A stretch of DNA of 44,200 nt. Origin: Nemertoderma westbladi (lineage: Eukaryota > Animalia > Xenacoelomorpha). The translations under genes were made by a program, and so were the position numbers. The stretch lies in contig JAUCBJ010001134.1 in the NCBI GenBank assembly GCA_032718475.1, forward strand, positions 1-44,200, given 5' to 3'. A model generated the notes under the pieces. The model searched no databases. It was not told the origin of the DNA and saw nothing but the letters and a program-made list of their open reading frames with translations. This document shows positions 1 to 11,073 of the stretch, piece by piece. Each line of letters starts with the position of its first letter. Within the stretch, counting starts at the first letter, position 1.

Positions 1-1
1 A

Positions 2-115
2 TGGTCGGAAAACGACAGCTGATAAAATGATACTGATGTGTCTCAGATTTTCGTTTTTAGGTCGATACCCAATGCTGGTATCAGTATCATTTTATGTGGT
101 GTCGTTTTCCGACCA
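2..115. repeat. Long imperfect inverted repeat (hairpin)
   Basis: TGGTCGGAAAACGACA (2-17) is the exact reverse complement of 100-115. ATAAAATGATACTGAT (22-37) is the exact reverse complement of 80-95. The loop is about 42 nt. Confidence 0.85.
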
Positions 116-349
116 ACGAATATACAACGCGTAAGATAATGTATAAATTATTAAGGAGATAACACAATGTCAGAGTGAGAACAAAAAAATTAGATATGGT
201 ATCAATATATTACCATGAAGATTACTAGAAGTGATGAATTTTATTAAAAACATTCACTTATATATATAAATTTGTGATGTGGCATAGTCAACGAAGAAGA
301 GATGGTACGTGTCATAATCATCGACGAATAAGAAAAGAGATGGAGTGCA

Positions 350-1046
350 ACGTGGATGAATGGTTGGTTGCCTGAATAGGAAATACGTGAAAGAATATGA
401 ATCATAGGGTTGTGTGTGTAATAATCAATAATTATTATAATAAAAACGTGCAGTATATAATGTTAGTGGTGGTAGCCTTTCAATATGACACAGATGCTGC
501 GGGATTGGTTAGGTTGAGTAACTACTATGCAAATGTTCGTATACGTGTAGCTGGAAACGTGGCGGAATTTCAACACGTATCCTACTGCAGGACTGGTAGG
601 CTGCTTGGTTGGTTGGATTGGTGACAGCCGTGCTGGAGTTGGCAATCAATATAATATCTGCTGTAGTTGGTGGCCACGTTGTCAGCATATACAGTATACA
701 GTGGTTGGTTGGTTGGTTGCGTGAATAGGAAATAACTATGGAAATGTTCGTATACGTGTAGCCGGAAACGTGGCGGATTGGTAGGTTGCTCGGTTGAATG
801 GATTGGTGACAGCCGTCGAAGAGTTGGCGATCGAATCGATATAATTGGGTAGTGTGGGGCTAGCCACACGATGAGAGGTTTGGGTACGCGAAGATGAATA
901 TGCTATGGTTGGTTGATGCAACGACGCGAACCAATACTGACGGGAGGTAACAGCTGTAGGAGTAAGGAGGGCATCGTGAGGTTAGGCTACGCGTAGGTGA
1001 TAGGCAGCGATTGGCTGAAGGCAACGACGCGAATCAATATTGATGG
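350..1046 (+). repeat. Degenerate direct repeats upstream of the BEL/Pao ORF
   Basis: Near-duplicate blocks: AAATGTTCGTATACGTGTAGCyGGAAACGTGGCGGA (~531 and ~742), GGATTGGTGACAGCCGT (~615 and ~800), GCAACGACGCGAAyCAATA (~918 and ~1021), plus TGGT repeats. Confidence 0.6.
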
Positions 1047-1154
1047 TGACAGATGGTCATTAAACACCTCGATTTAGCACCGGAATTTGGCATTTTTTAA
1101 TTGCCTCCGAGATGTGGCCCGTAGCCCAGGCTAGGGAGGAGTTATTGGAGGGCT

Positions 1155-4100
1155 ATGCTTCTCCTACTACTCATAGGCCCTCGGGCCCAAGTCAAGCGGG
1201 ATCAAGAAGAAGCTATAAAACAGCAGCAACCTCCTAGCCAAGAACCTGGTTCTCAGCGGCCCGATAGCTCCAGTAGTTCGGATACTGTTGAGCGGACGCC
1301 AGAACGCGGAGCGAAGATGGCGGATACGGTTTATGATGAGCGGCCAACCTATGAAGAATCAACCGACGCCACTTCTTCTCAAATGGAAAGTGAGGTGGAA
1401 AGCGAAGTGGAAAGTGAGGTGGAAAGCGAAGTGGAAAGTGAGGTGGAAAGCGAAGTGGAAAGCGAGGTGGAAAGCGAAGTGGAAAGCGAATTAACAGCAG
1501 CAGAGAAGCCGCGAACTAGAGACGCCATTGACATCTATCTGTCAGACTATCAGCAATTCATAGGAGACGAAGAGTTGAGGAGACGACTGTCTGGACTTCG
1601 CCCTAATAGTGAAGGAACCAAGCTTGTGTTGGACTCAATCGATGCCGAAATGTTAGCTGCAAACCAAGCTGAATGTGATGAAAAACTCCGCCTCACTAGA
1701 GTCCGAGAAGAACAAGTAAAGAAAGAACGGATAGAGAAAAGAAAGGTGGCAGCAGCAGCGGCGGCAGAAGCAGAAGCCGAAAGAAAGGCGGCAGAAGCAG
1801 AAGCCGAAAGAAAGTCGGCAGAAGCAGAAGCCGAAATAAAGGCGGCAAAAGCAGAAGCCGAAAGAAAGGCGGCAGAAGCAGAAAGAAAGGCGGCAGAAGC
1901 AGAAGCCGAAGGAAAGGCGGCAAAAGCAGAAGCCGAAAGAAAAGCAGCAGTGGCAGAAGCAGAACGGAGAGCTTCTGAGGAGACTATCCAACTGGAGTTG
2001 GAAAATCTGCAAGAGACACAAGACAGTATAAATAAACAGTTTACTGCTAATCAAATGCAGATGATGAGAAAATCTACTCCCAAGCGCCAGGGATACACAT
2101 CCTCGGAGGAAGGCGAGACCACCGATCCTGAAGGCGGAGGAAATAGATCTCATCTAAGTAGGCGTAGAAAAACACCTTACCGTCACAAATTACCTGATTT
2201 GCCCCCAGCTGTTAAAAGACAACTGACTAGCACAGACTTAGGTAGTGCAGAACCCATAGAACAATTTATCCAGGTCAAAAGACTCCCTACTATAGTCGAT
2301 GAGCCTGAAATAATTAGGCCTGTCGTTCCCAAAGTCACTCCTGTGCTAGAGACCCCTGCACTTCCAGAGCTTAACTCTAAATTCCCTTTACATAGTACTA
2401 CACTGCCTGTACCCGGTGGAACAGTCCATGCAAATACCCCTGTCCTGAGCATTGAGAGAGGAATCAAAGATTTGTCTCCCGTCGTCCCGCGTCAACCCGC
2501 TACAATGTTGGCGACTCCCGCTTCGGCGGTTGAGTGGGTAGAGGAGGGACGGCGGGGGATGAACCTCCTGCTCGGACAGATGCAGGAGACTGTCCACCAG
2601 CTTAAGGGAACAGTAAGGGAAGGTAGAGCAGAGTTGCAAGAAGTGCAGCAAAGTATCGCACTAGAACGCGACAAATTAGTCAATATACAAAAGGGCATAC
2701 CAATACCCCCTGTAACATTGTGTCAACCTGTTAGGTCTGAAGTATTACATGCGCAAGGTGTGGAGCCTACACGCATCTATACTGCTAGTGAAGTAGAAAC
2801 TCCTATAGCCAACCCTATTAAGGGTGATTATAAACCTGTTGTTAATGATATTCCCTATAGACCTGATAATGATCCGAGAAATTTATATACCGATAATTCG
2901 ATATTAAATAACACGATGGCCCAAGAAAGCTTTACGCGTCAGATGGCTAGAACAGAAGCCCGCCAAGCGGTTAAAGTAGGAGAGATCGTCAAATTTAATG
3001 GAGACGAAATGAAATGGTTACCTTTCAACGAATATTACAAAGACAGCATACAGAACTCTGTGCTATCTAACGGAGAGAAACTTAGGTTCCTCATCAAGTG
3101 TTTGGAAGGACCTCCTAAGTTAATGGCGTTAAAGTTTATTGGACATCCAGATGGATTAAGACAAGTTTGGGATACATTAAACATCAGGTATGGTAACAAG
3201 GATAACATAGCTAAGTATTTGTATGCAAAATTAGTAGCCCCCCGACACTTCCTTAGTAACGGGATTATAGAATTTTCTGATGAAATTCAGGAAATCTGTA
3301 GACAATTGGACTGGTTAGGTAAGTCTCATGAATATCAGAGTTCCATGGTTATTGCAGCAGTAGTATCTACTTTACCTAAGGGTGGAGTATGTACACGCTG
3401 GGACAAGAAAGTGTTGTACATGAATGAACAACAACGACGAAGCCCTACCATGACTGATCTCATGTCCTTCTTAGATAGCGAAGTAAAATTACAACTTATA
3501 AAGCAGTCCAGAGAGAAAACATCGGAAAATAAGGTAAGTGAGAAACCCGTTTCTAGGAGAAGGATAATACCAGTGTGTTATACTGACGACGGCGAAAGCC
3601 AAGCTTCTCAAGAAGAGGACAGCGGGAAAGACACAGCAAAATCTTACTATGACAACAAGACCTATAAAGACGTAAGTAAATACAAGTCTCGAACCAGTGA
3701 CAGGAGAGAACAGGTAACAACAACTCCTCCTACGTCTCCTAAGAGAATTCACGGAAGAAAGCCCGAAGAAAGAACGAGAGTGCATAACGTTACCCAAGGT
3801 AAGGTGAGTAACATCAAACCAAAATGTGCGCTGTGCGACGGGCCCCACCGTTTGAGTGCGTGTGCTGAATTTCTAAAGAAATCCCTTGTAGACAGACGTA
3901 CAGTCCTGTGGAATAAGCGGTTATGCTATAATTGCCTCAGATCAGGACACCAACGGCGAACCTGTTACTCCGACGTAAAGTGTGCAAAGTGTGGCGCGAA
4001 ACATCACATCTTGTTACACAGTGAGTTCGAACGAAACAACCCGAGTCAGGTAAGTGAGCCCGAACTACATGTCCAATTCAGTGATGTAAATGACACTGAT

Positions 4101-5255
4101 CAAGAGTCTGAGATGGAAGGATTCTATACTGACGAATTCTCCGACGCCATCGAATCCTGTTACCTAATAAATACCTCAGTGTATCGAGCACTTACTTATG
4201 AAAAGGACACCAACAATGAGTTTCCCCCAACTACTTTTGCCAAACAACCATCTTGGAAAGCTCCAACTTCCAACGTAGGAATCAGAGAATTTCCTGTAGT
4301 GCAGGTAAGAGTTCACGGTCCCAACAAAAGTTACATAGTGAACGCCCTCCTTGACTCCGGCAGCACAGGAACATTCATCGATCAAGAACTAGCCGAAGAT
4401 ATCTTTGCTGGACAACCCAAATTCCAAACTAAGTTGAATATGTCCGGAATTATGCAGGTTTGGAAATCTACCATAACGGCAGATTACTATGTAGGTGCGT
4501 TGTCCACCCCCCAGGATAAATTAGGAGCACAAAGTATAAGGTCAGTAAAATTGGTGGCTATAAAGAACTTCGCTACTACCCAAGCAGACCTTTATAATTG
4601 GGACGAGGATGAGAGCATCCAACATCTTAAGATACCTCGATTCCAGACAGATTATCCTGGAGTGCAAATACTCATCGGCCAAAACGCGCATGAGGCGCTC
4701 GAGACATTGGAGAAACGGCCTGCTCAACCGCAGCCACTACAAACCTATGCGGTAAGAACTAGAGTAGGTTGGTACTTCACTGGCCCTTCCCGTAGAACTC
4801 TCAAAGAGAGATTACCTCAACAACAGGTATACAAAGTAAAGGAATGGGAAGTGGAGAGCAGTGATGTGGACGATCCAACTGAGGGAACACCATACTCCTC
4901 AGATAATGACGATATTAACTCCAATGTAGATCTATGGAGACATTGCCTTGGGACGATTAATCCAGCCGACATTGCTTCCAGAGGAGCAACTCCTCAAGAA
5001 ATGATAGATACTCCAGGCTGGTTAGGTGGATCCGACTTCTTAAGTAAAGAAGAAGAATGGCCTCCTCATCTTACCACGGCTGAGATTAGACAGGCCAAGG
5101 GAGCGGAGAAAGTAACACAACAACTCAATCGCCCAGCTAGTCGTTTATGTTTACTGGAAAGAGACCGAAAACTGTCCGGAAACTATGGAAGGCAAGATAC
5201 TCTTCCTACGACTACTTCCCTAATCCGACAAATATCTAGGGACTCCATAACGTGA
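1155..5255 (+). CDS. BEL/Pao LTR-retrotransposon Gag-protease polyprotein with RT, most of RNase H and the integrase core deleted in frame
   Basis: 1366-aa ORF. Pao-type gag core (KFNGDEMKW...EKLRFLIKCLEG...LNIRYGN), three-knuckle BEL gag signature (CALCDGPHRLSAC / CYNCLRSGHQRRTC / CAKCGAKHHILLH), aspartic protease ALLDSGSTGTFI and ILIG, RNase H tail WRH..G..NPADIASRG...W..G..FL, and integrase tail RPASRLCLLE. No YxDD RT motif or DDE core seen. The true start may be the later Met (MADTVY). Confidence 0.9.
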   Translation: MLLLLLIGPRAQVKRDQEEAIKQQQPPSQEPGSQRPDSSSSSDTVERTPERGAKMADTVYDERPTYEESTDATSSQMESEVESEVESEVESEVESEVESEVESEVESEVESELTAAEKPRTRDAIDIYLSDYQQFIGDEELRRRLSGLRPNSEGTKLVLDSIDAEMLAANQAECDEKLRLTRVREEQVKKERIEKRKVAAAAAAEAEAERKAAEAEAERKSAEAEAEIKAAKAEAERKAAEAERKAAEAEAEGKAAKAEAERKAAVAEAERRASEETIQLELENLQETQDSINKQFTANQMQMMRKSTPKRQGYTSSEEGETTDPEGGGNRSHLSRRRKTPYRHKLPDLPPAVKRQLTSTDLGSAEPIEQFIQVKRLPTIVDEPEIIRPVVPKVTPVLETPALPELNSKFPLHSTTLPVPGGTVHANTPVLSIERGIKDLSPVVPRQPATMLATPASAVEWVEEGRRGMNLLLGQMQETVHQLKGTVREGRAELQEVQQSIALERDKLVNIQKGIPIPPVTLCQPVRSEVLHAQGVEPTRIYTASEVETPIANPIKGDYKPVVNDIPYRPDNDPRNLYTDNSILNNTMAQESFTRQMARTEARQAVKVGEIVKFNGDEMKWLPFNEYYKDSIQNSVLSNGEKLRFLIKCLEGPPKLMALKFIGHPDGLRQVWDTLNIRYGNKDNIAKYLYAKLVAPRHFLSNGIIEFSDEIQEICRQLDWLGKSHEYQSSMVIAAVVSTLPKGGVCTRWDKKVLYMNEQQRRSPTMTDLMSFLDSEVKLQLIKQSREKTSENKVSEKPVSRRRIIPVCYTDDGESQASQEEDSGKDTAKSYYDNKTYKDVSKYKSRTSDRREQVTTTPPTSPKRIHGRKPEERTRVHNVTQGKVSNIKPKCALCDGPHRLSACAEFLKKSLVDRRTVLWNKRLCYNCLRSGHQRRTCYSDVKCAKCGAKHHILLHSEFERNNPSQVSEPELHVQFSDVNDTDQESEMEGFYTDEFSDAIESCYLINTSVYRALTYEKDTNNEFPPTTFAKQPSWKAPTSNVGIREFPVVQVRVHGPNKSYIVNALLDSGSTGTFIDQELAEDIFAGQPKFQTKLNMSGIMQVWKSTITADYYVGALSTPQDKLGAQSIRSVKLVAIKNFATTQADLYNWDEDESIQHLKIPRFQTDYPGVQILIGQNAHEALETLEKRPAQPQPLQTYAVRTRVGWYFTGPSRRTLKERLPQQQVYKVKEWEVESSDVDDPTEGTPYSSDNDDINSNVDLWRHCLGTINPADIASRGATPQEMIDTPGWLGGSDFLSKEEEWPPHLTTAEIRQAKGAEKVTQQLNRPASRLCLLERDRKLSGNYGRQDTLPTTTSLIRQISRDSIT
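1386..1490 (+). repeat. 12-bp coding tandem repeat (ESEV)n
   Basis: GAAAGyGArGTG repeated about 9 times. It is followed at ~1760-1970 by AEAEAERKA-type coiled-coil repeats. Confidence 0.9.
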
Positions 5256-5777
5256 TAGCATGTGGAGTGGGCGTGTGACTATATCATTTTATATTTGTTT
5301 TTATTTTATATTTATGTATGTATTATTATGTAATTTTATTATAATCGTTTTCTTTAATTTTATTTAGTAGAATGTTATTTTAGTGATTATTTAGTAGATT
5401 AGTGCAATATATTAGTGTTTATTACGTACGTAATTACTTATAATATATATTTAGTGCGACGGCGAGAAATAATTATTTTTCTCTTTCCTTACTGTCCGTA
5501 TCATATTATAAATACGTGACTACAGTAAGATGAAATATCCGTACTTCTTAAAGTACAATAAAGCTCCTACTATATTCAAGTATTATTGGTAGGCAGAGTA
5601 TTAGGAATGCAAAGTTCAGATCCTCGTGTCTCGGCTAAACCAAGCTCTGGGTAGACCTTGGAAACGACTTGCCTCTTCACACTGACATTGCTTCGTGCGA
5701 TATTGCTCTTCTACCTTATATTAAATAATACATATAGTAGCGTGATGTCCATATAACAGTAGCGTAAAACGCAAATA

Positions 5778-6085
5778 AATCTGTTAAACCTTTTGACCAT
5801 CTGTAATTCTAGTCGATTAAGATATCGCGGCACCCACCGATATACTTGAAAGGCAAATTCTAGAATCAGTGGTTAACGTCCCCAGACAAGTTCTGGAATA
5901 AATCGGTGCCCATCTTAAATATTAATTTAATATTCATTAAAATCTGTAAAATTCGGATCCTTTAAAATTTCTAGTCAATTAAGATATCGTAGCACTTACC
6001 GATACTCTTAAAAGACAAATTTCATAGAATTAAGGATCCTATGTCCCCAGACCTGCTCTGGAATCAAATTGTGTCAATTTTAACA
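5778..6085 (+). repeat. Two diverged ~160-bp tandem copies
   Basis: Shared blocks AAATCTGT, TTCTAGTCrATTAAGATATCGyrGCAC, GTCCCCAGAC and TCTGGAAT occur in the same order at ~5778-5920 and ~5940-6085. Confidence 0.7.
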
Positions 6086-6882
6086 CCAAATAATAAAATT
6101 CACGGGAATAAATTCAAATTCATATTTTAAATGAATTTCATAAATTGTCATTTTGTACAATTTATAACATTCCCAAAATTATATTAATTAATAGATCATG
6201 GGAGCGGAGATTCATCCTATTGAGTGTATTAGAGTGAGAGAATCTCCAACATATAGTCAATAGCCGATAAAATTAATAAAATCATGCATAAAGAGGATAT
6301 TGACAATTAAAGAATTATTATTAAATAGCATCCCAGATCTGTATGCATGAGAATTACCCTAATTCTACCGCTAGCATTCCATAATGTCACCATAGCAACA
6401 CCCACGCTAGAATTAGAAGCAAGTTAAGAGAACAAAAGAAAGCTTGACACGTTGCATAGCATAGAGAATATAGCACACTGCTAGTATCCAAGGATACACA
6501 GTAATAACGTGACATTCTGGAAGGCACTGACTAACGGACAAATGACCTATATGTGTACAATTGGTGACAGTTGTGTGGAATTTGTGCGTTTGTAGGTGAA
6601 TGTTACTGCTAAGGTGTGTTTACAGTAGCTAGTCGCAATTGTGAAAGTAGCCCAACTCTCCTATAGAAAGAACCTAAAGTGGATTCAAGCCTTTGGGACG
6701 GACAGTGGAGTGACTTGTGCCGGTTATCGTTGTCGTGATGTTGCTACATGTTGGCGTAAACACCGCGACGACGGTACATCGGCGCTGAGAATCCCACTGT
6801 CCGGGGGCAAAGAGAAGTAGGCAGCGACGCCCGCTCGCCTAAATATAAACTCATTTGATATTAATAAACTCAGATAGCAGAT

Positions 6883-7872
6883 ATGACGGAGTTGATAGAA
6901 GATGATCTTGGTAGCAGGGAGCGATATACTATACCTTTGCAAGCATTTGTGGATAGCTTGATACGCGGTGAAACCGATCCAACCATTACGGAGGACGATG
7001 GTCGTTATATCGAACCGCCGATGTCCCAAGAGCAACTTACGCGTGAATTGGACTATCGAAAATTCACCGCTCGCTATACGCATCGTAATAGTGCATATAT
7101 GGACTTCCTAACTACCAGCCATCCTATCGATTTACATGATACGGACGATGTAGACACCGAAAGGGAAATGGTTCTATTTAAATATCATACCCAGCGGAGT
7201 CGTAACGATAAACCGAGAATAGGTCACGAAAATTCTATTCGTAACAGACTGGGAAGACGAACCAATATGCCTAGAATCTGAGGAGATTCAGCCTATCGCG
7301 CCCGGAACAGCGACAACCATTATATCCTAGAATGGTATCAAGGTCCACAGTGTCTCACTGCGTATAATTATCGCCATGCCAACTATGTTTCTCGGCAACG
7401 TTGTCGGTTATGCGTATCGAGAGACCATGTTACGCCCATGGACACAAACGTCCGTTGTTCCTATTTCCACGAACAACCGGCGATGGAAATTTATTGCGCG
7501 TATTGCAGATTTAATAATTTGCATATTTTTGCGGTTTGCCCTCAATTTATGACTCAATGTCACCATTGTCAACTAAAGGGACACGTCAGTTTCGATTGCC
7601 CTTTTAATCGCGATTTGTAAAGCGTAGATGAAATGATCACACTACGTTACATCAGAGCTTGGGAAGCGAACGCTGATTTACATTGTGATTCGCGCCATCG
7701 CTATTATCCTGGACGCGCTTACGAAGGAATTTATGCGTTCCATCCTTATCTATTCGCTTCTGTCGAACAGAAATCACGCATATCGAGTTACAGGAAGTAT
7801 ATCGACGGCCTTACGTATACTGAGCCTGCGAACGCGAGTTGGAAAGGACCATTAAACCCCGGAGGTTTCTAG
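6883..7872 (+). pseudogene. Disrupted ~330-codon ORF encoding a CCHC zinc-knuckle protein (accessory ORF inside the LTR element)
   Basis: Listed ORFs 6883-7281, 7438-7620 and 7633-7872 share one frame and are separated only by TGA (7279-7281) and TAA (7618-7620). The read-through contains CRLCVSRDH, CAYCRFNNLHIFAVC and a canonical CX2CX4HX4C (CHHCQLKGHVSFDC). Confidence 0.65.
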
Positions 7873-8248
7873 CGGCCTATGGTCCACCCACGGCCCTCGT
7901 TCAGACCACTCGTAAAGGACCCGTAAGAGCGGCTGTCTTAAAACGAGCTCTCAAAGCCGTTAGACCCCTCTCCCCGACGTTGATGTCAATCAACCCGGTA
8001 CTTCGACTGGCGGATACACCGACCATAATCCTACACCCTCTGATGCAATCATATTGCACCCTTCACCCAGGAGTTATAGCCCTCCTTGTAAAGTGGCTCG
8101 CCCCAAAGAGAAAAGGACTCTGGCTAGCTTTAAGAAACTGCGTAAACGCCGTCCGCGCAAGAAAGACTAACTGTTTAGAGTATTTACGTATATTAGAAAC
8201 TGTGATTTTGTATATTTTATAGACTCAAATCCCATTTTCTGGGAGCGG

Positions 8249-9518
8249 TGTAAAAGCTTCTGTGGGATATAACTGGCCCGTTTGCTTCGCAATCCAGTTT
8301 CCCCCCAGGCGCTGGAATACTCTAAAAGGTTCTCTAACTGTATATATATTCCCCTCGCCCGCAAGGTACCGTTATAGGTGTTTTAACGGACATAAAAGTC
8401 ATTCTGCTATATACGTGTTTTGGCGGACATGGTAAGGCAAAAAACCTACAATGCACCAAATACCTTTCACAGCTTAGCCGTGATGATTCATATTACGACA
8501 TCTAACAGCTGGTTGCTGACATGGAAACAGCCATTGGACGCATGGTTCTTTGTTTGGCTTGAGCCAATCAGAGCGATTTTTCCTGTCGACGTGTAGCTTT
8601 TCGGCCGATCATAAGGAGAGTGTTCAGTCTTACAGTTTTTTACTGATACTTTGTTGTTATTGCTGTCTAAGCCAGAAACACCGGCTCTAGAGTTAATTCT
8701 TTTCATACTTTAGAAGAAACATTAGTAGGCTTAAGATTATAGAGCGTATAACTGTTATCGGTCCATATCAGTGCATATCGCTGCACATATCTGTTCATAT
8801 CATATCTTAACCTACCGTCTTAATGTTTTTACTGTTGTCATATCTTATATCAGTGGATTGAATATTATTTGGAGAACATTTATAAAGAACCCAAATTTCC
8901 CAATTTTCTTGATACACTACAGGTTAGAGAGGCGGGTTATATATATAGCGATTGCGACTTATATTATTGTGGTGTGTATTGAATTTAATGCTATTTGATA
9001 AGCCCTACATGAGTCCGTTGCTATTCTCTTTATATATGATAAAATTCATTGACGGTCGGCAAATTAGTGAGCAGTATTGTGTGTTACCGGTAGTGTGCAT
9101 GATTGTGGCTGATAACTAAGCATTTCCTAAAGAATGCGCCTCATACGTGAATCATAAGCCTTACCGACTTACCGTTGTGATTAGTATAAGTCATATCTCT
9201 GTTTATTTAGATAGAGCGCCACGTCCTAAAGGAACTGTTAATATTTCCCGAAAGTGAATAATATTAGTCAGAAATTATTTATTAACGATCAATCGAATAA
9301 TACAATACCGTAAGCTTCACTGCAATAATAATCTAAGCCGACAGAATCCAGTCTCCCGGGATTATCCAGCGGGTGAATGGACGCGCACTAGGCTGGCTTC
9401 TGCTAATGTTGTGTTTATTGGTATTAAATATTTGTCATCTTCTAAAGTATATTTATAAATCAAAAGACATATAAATTTTGGCAGGTTAAACTGCTAAAGG
9501 TCTTCAAAAGCGCGTACA
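8249..9518 (+). mobile_element. 3' LTR (~1.27 kb) of an LTR retrotransposon, probably the BEL/Pao element upstream
   Basis: Starts TGTAAAAGCTT directly after the purine-rich GGGAGCGG and ends GCGCGTACA. Homologous end to end to the TSD-flanked solo LTR at 25194-26343 (e.g. AGCGCCACGTCCTAAAGGAACTGTTAAT, GGCAGGTTAAACTGCTAAAGGTC). Flanks differ (AGCGG / CAGGC), as expected for a 3' LTR. Confidence 0.8.
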
Positions 9519-10083
9519 CAGGCAGCTTTCAAGAGTTTGCCAAACCAAATGGTAACTCTGGTCTCTGAGAAAAGAGCTTTCGTATGAGCCCAAAACGAAC
9601 TCCGTACGACCACTAGAACTGGAGATTATACATTTTGAAGATCTCCAATGGACGATAAGTCTATTCCGTGTAATCCCGCAAAGACCGCAGAGTCCCTTAT
9701 TCGAGTCCCGACTTTATTCCAGAGACTTGAAGTTGTCTTATAAACCGATCAGTAGGTCCGATAATCATGAAAAAATACATTCTCAATTAAATTTTGTGCT
9801 CTTTCTCTTGGAGACATCAAATTAGCACCACTGTGCACAGAAATTTGCAGAAATTGAATGCAAACCACAAACTTCATCTACTTTACCGATATCGCGATAT
9901 ATCGGAACCAGTATCTTCTATCCCAGATATCTCTAAAACTAACGAAGATATTGGAAAACGGTTTCCATATTTGGATTCAGCATGAAATTTTGCATCAGAT
10001 ATAGGTTATGTTTCAAAAATTCGACTTTTTGGTCAGAAAACGCGCTAGCTACCTCCCCCCCCCCCCCCCCCCCCCCCCCTTAA
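9519..10083. mobile_element. Probable end of a non-autonomous DNA transposon (possibly Kolobok-like) into which the LTR element inserted
   Basis: MITE-like text (AAAAGAGCTTTCGTATGAGCCC, GCATGAAATTTTGCA) ending in a poly-C run followed by TTAA. The other end is not visible. Confidence 0.3.
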
Positions 10084-10666
10084 GAAGCTATCCCCGGTGC
10101 GCAATGTATTTTAATAATAAATTAAGTAATACTGTAGTACCGTTTTTATAGCGCCAAATTAATATTGTAAATAATTGTTCAATACTGTATATAATGTCAT
10201 CTATGTTTGCGTTATTTTATTGTTAATTTTAATGTTATACTTTGATGAGCACCATTAAATCAATTACCAACCAAGATGACAGGGTGGAAATTCCAAAGAC
10301 GTTTTCGGAAACACGGAATGCGGAATGCATGTGTTTCTTGATCTCTTTTCGCGTTCCGATAATACAAACTGTATTGTACTGTAATAATATACTGTATTCT
10401 GATCAAGGTGATTTGTATGTGTTTAATTACTAAGTTTAATTAAAACCACATTTGAAGCGGATGATACACACATATCTTACACAATACGTACACATAATTT
10501 CTATTGTTATTCGTTTACCATACTGGAAACAGAAATAATAGCCATAAATTTGTATATTTGATGGAGTAACAATGCAATGAATGTGTGCCAAAATATTATC
10601 AAATATTAATATTATTGTAATATATTACAGATAATGGTGTAATATTGTGCGAGTGTCAGGGGCTAG

Positions 10667-10759
10667 TGGCTGAGCTGGTTAGCGCTACTGATGAGGCCTG
10701 TTAGGCCGAAACGTGCGTATAGCGCTGGTTCAACCCCCGGTGACGCGCTCCCATTTTTT
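10667..10759 (+). promoter_or_regulatory. Internal Pol III (type 2) promoter: A box, B box and oligo-T terminator
   Basis: TGGCTGAGCTGG (10667-10678) fits TRGCNNARYNGG. GGTTCAACCCC (10727-10737) fits GGTTCRANNCC. CCA then T6 at 10754-10759. All are repeated 343 bp downstream. Confidence 0.75.
10677..10730 (+). ncRNA. Type I hammerhead ribozyme (minimal stem III), copy 1
   Basis: Stem I AGCGCTA/TAGCGCT, core CTGATGA (10688-10694), stem II GGCCT-gtt-AGGCC, GAAA, stem III ACG-tg-CGT, cleavage triplet GTA (10717-10719). Confidence 0.9.
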
Positions 10760-11019
10760 CCACTTCTGAACAAACCCACAATATTACACCTTTAATTACA
10801 GTTGCAACTACAGCTCATCTCCAATTTATTTAATTAATATCACCTGGCAGCAATACCGAGCTGAATATTTATTTATTTGTACTTCCCTCCTGTTTCACTC
10901 TAGCATACTTGAGGCCGTTAGGTCCGCTGTTAGAGATAGAATATTTGCAACTTAAGACTGCCCGTTCAATAGAAGTGGATTAGGTGGGACTGCGAGTGTC
11001 AGGGGCTAGTGGCTGAGCT

Positions 11020-11073
11020 GGTTAGCACTACTGATGAGGCCTGTTAGGCCGAAACGTGCGTATAGCGCTGGTT
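11020..11073 (+). ncRNA. Type I hammerhead ribozyme, copy 2
   Basis: Same core (CTGATGA 11031-11037, GTA 11060-11062). One stem I substitution (AGCACTA) creates an A-C mismatch. Confidence 0.85.

Noticed and set aside
1653-2153. Cys/Phe-rich and Leu/Pro-rich antisense ORFs
   Set aside because: Shadow frames of the AEAEAERK repeat of the gag ORF.
7279-7281. Selenocysteine or programmed read-through at the in-frame TGA
   Set aside because: A second stop (TAA) interrupts the same frame and no SECIS was recognised. Simple nonsense mutation is more economical.
10655-10753. Genuine tRNA gene
   Set aside because: A and B boxes are present, but there is no anticodon stem-loop and no canonical cloverleaf. 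A hammerhead occupies that position.
10903-10930. Third, degenerate hammerhead (CTTGAGGCCGTTAGGTCCG)
   Set aside because: Resembles stem II only. It lacks intact CTGANGA and GAAA.
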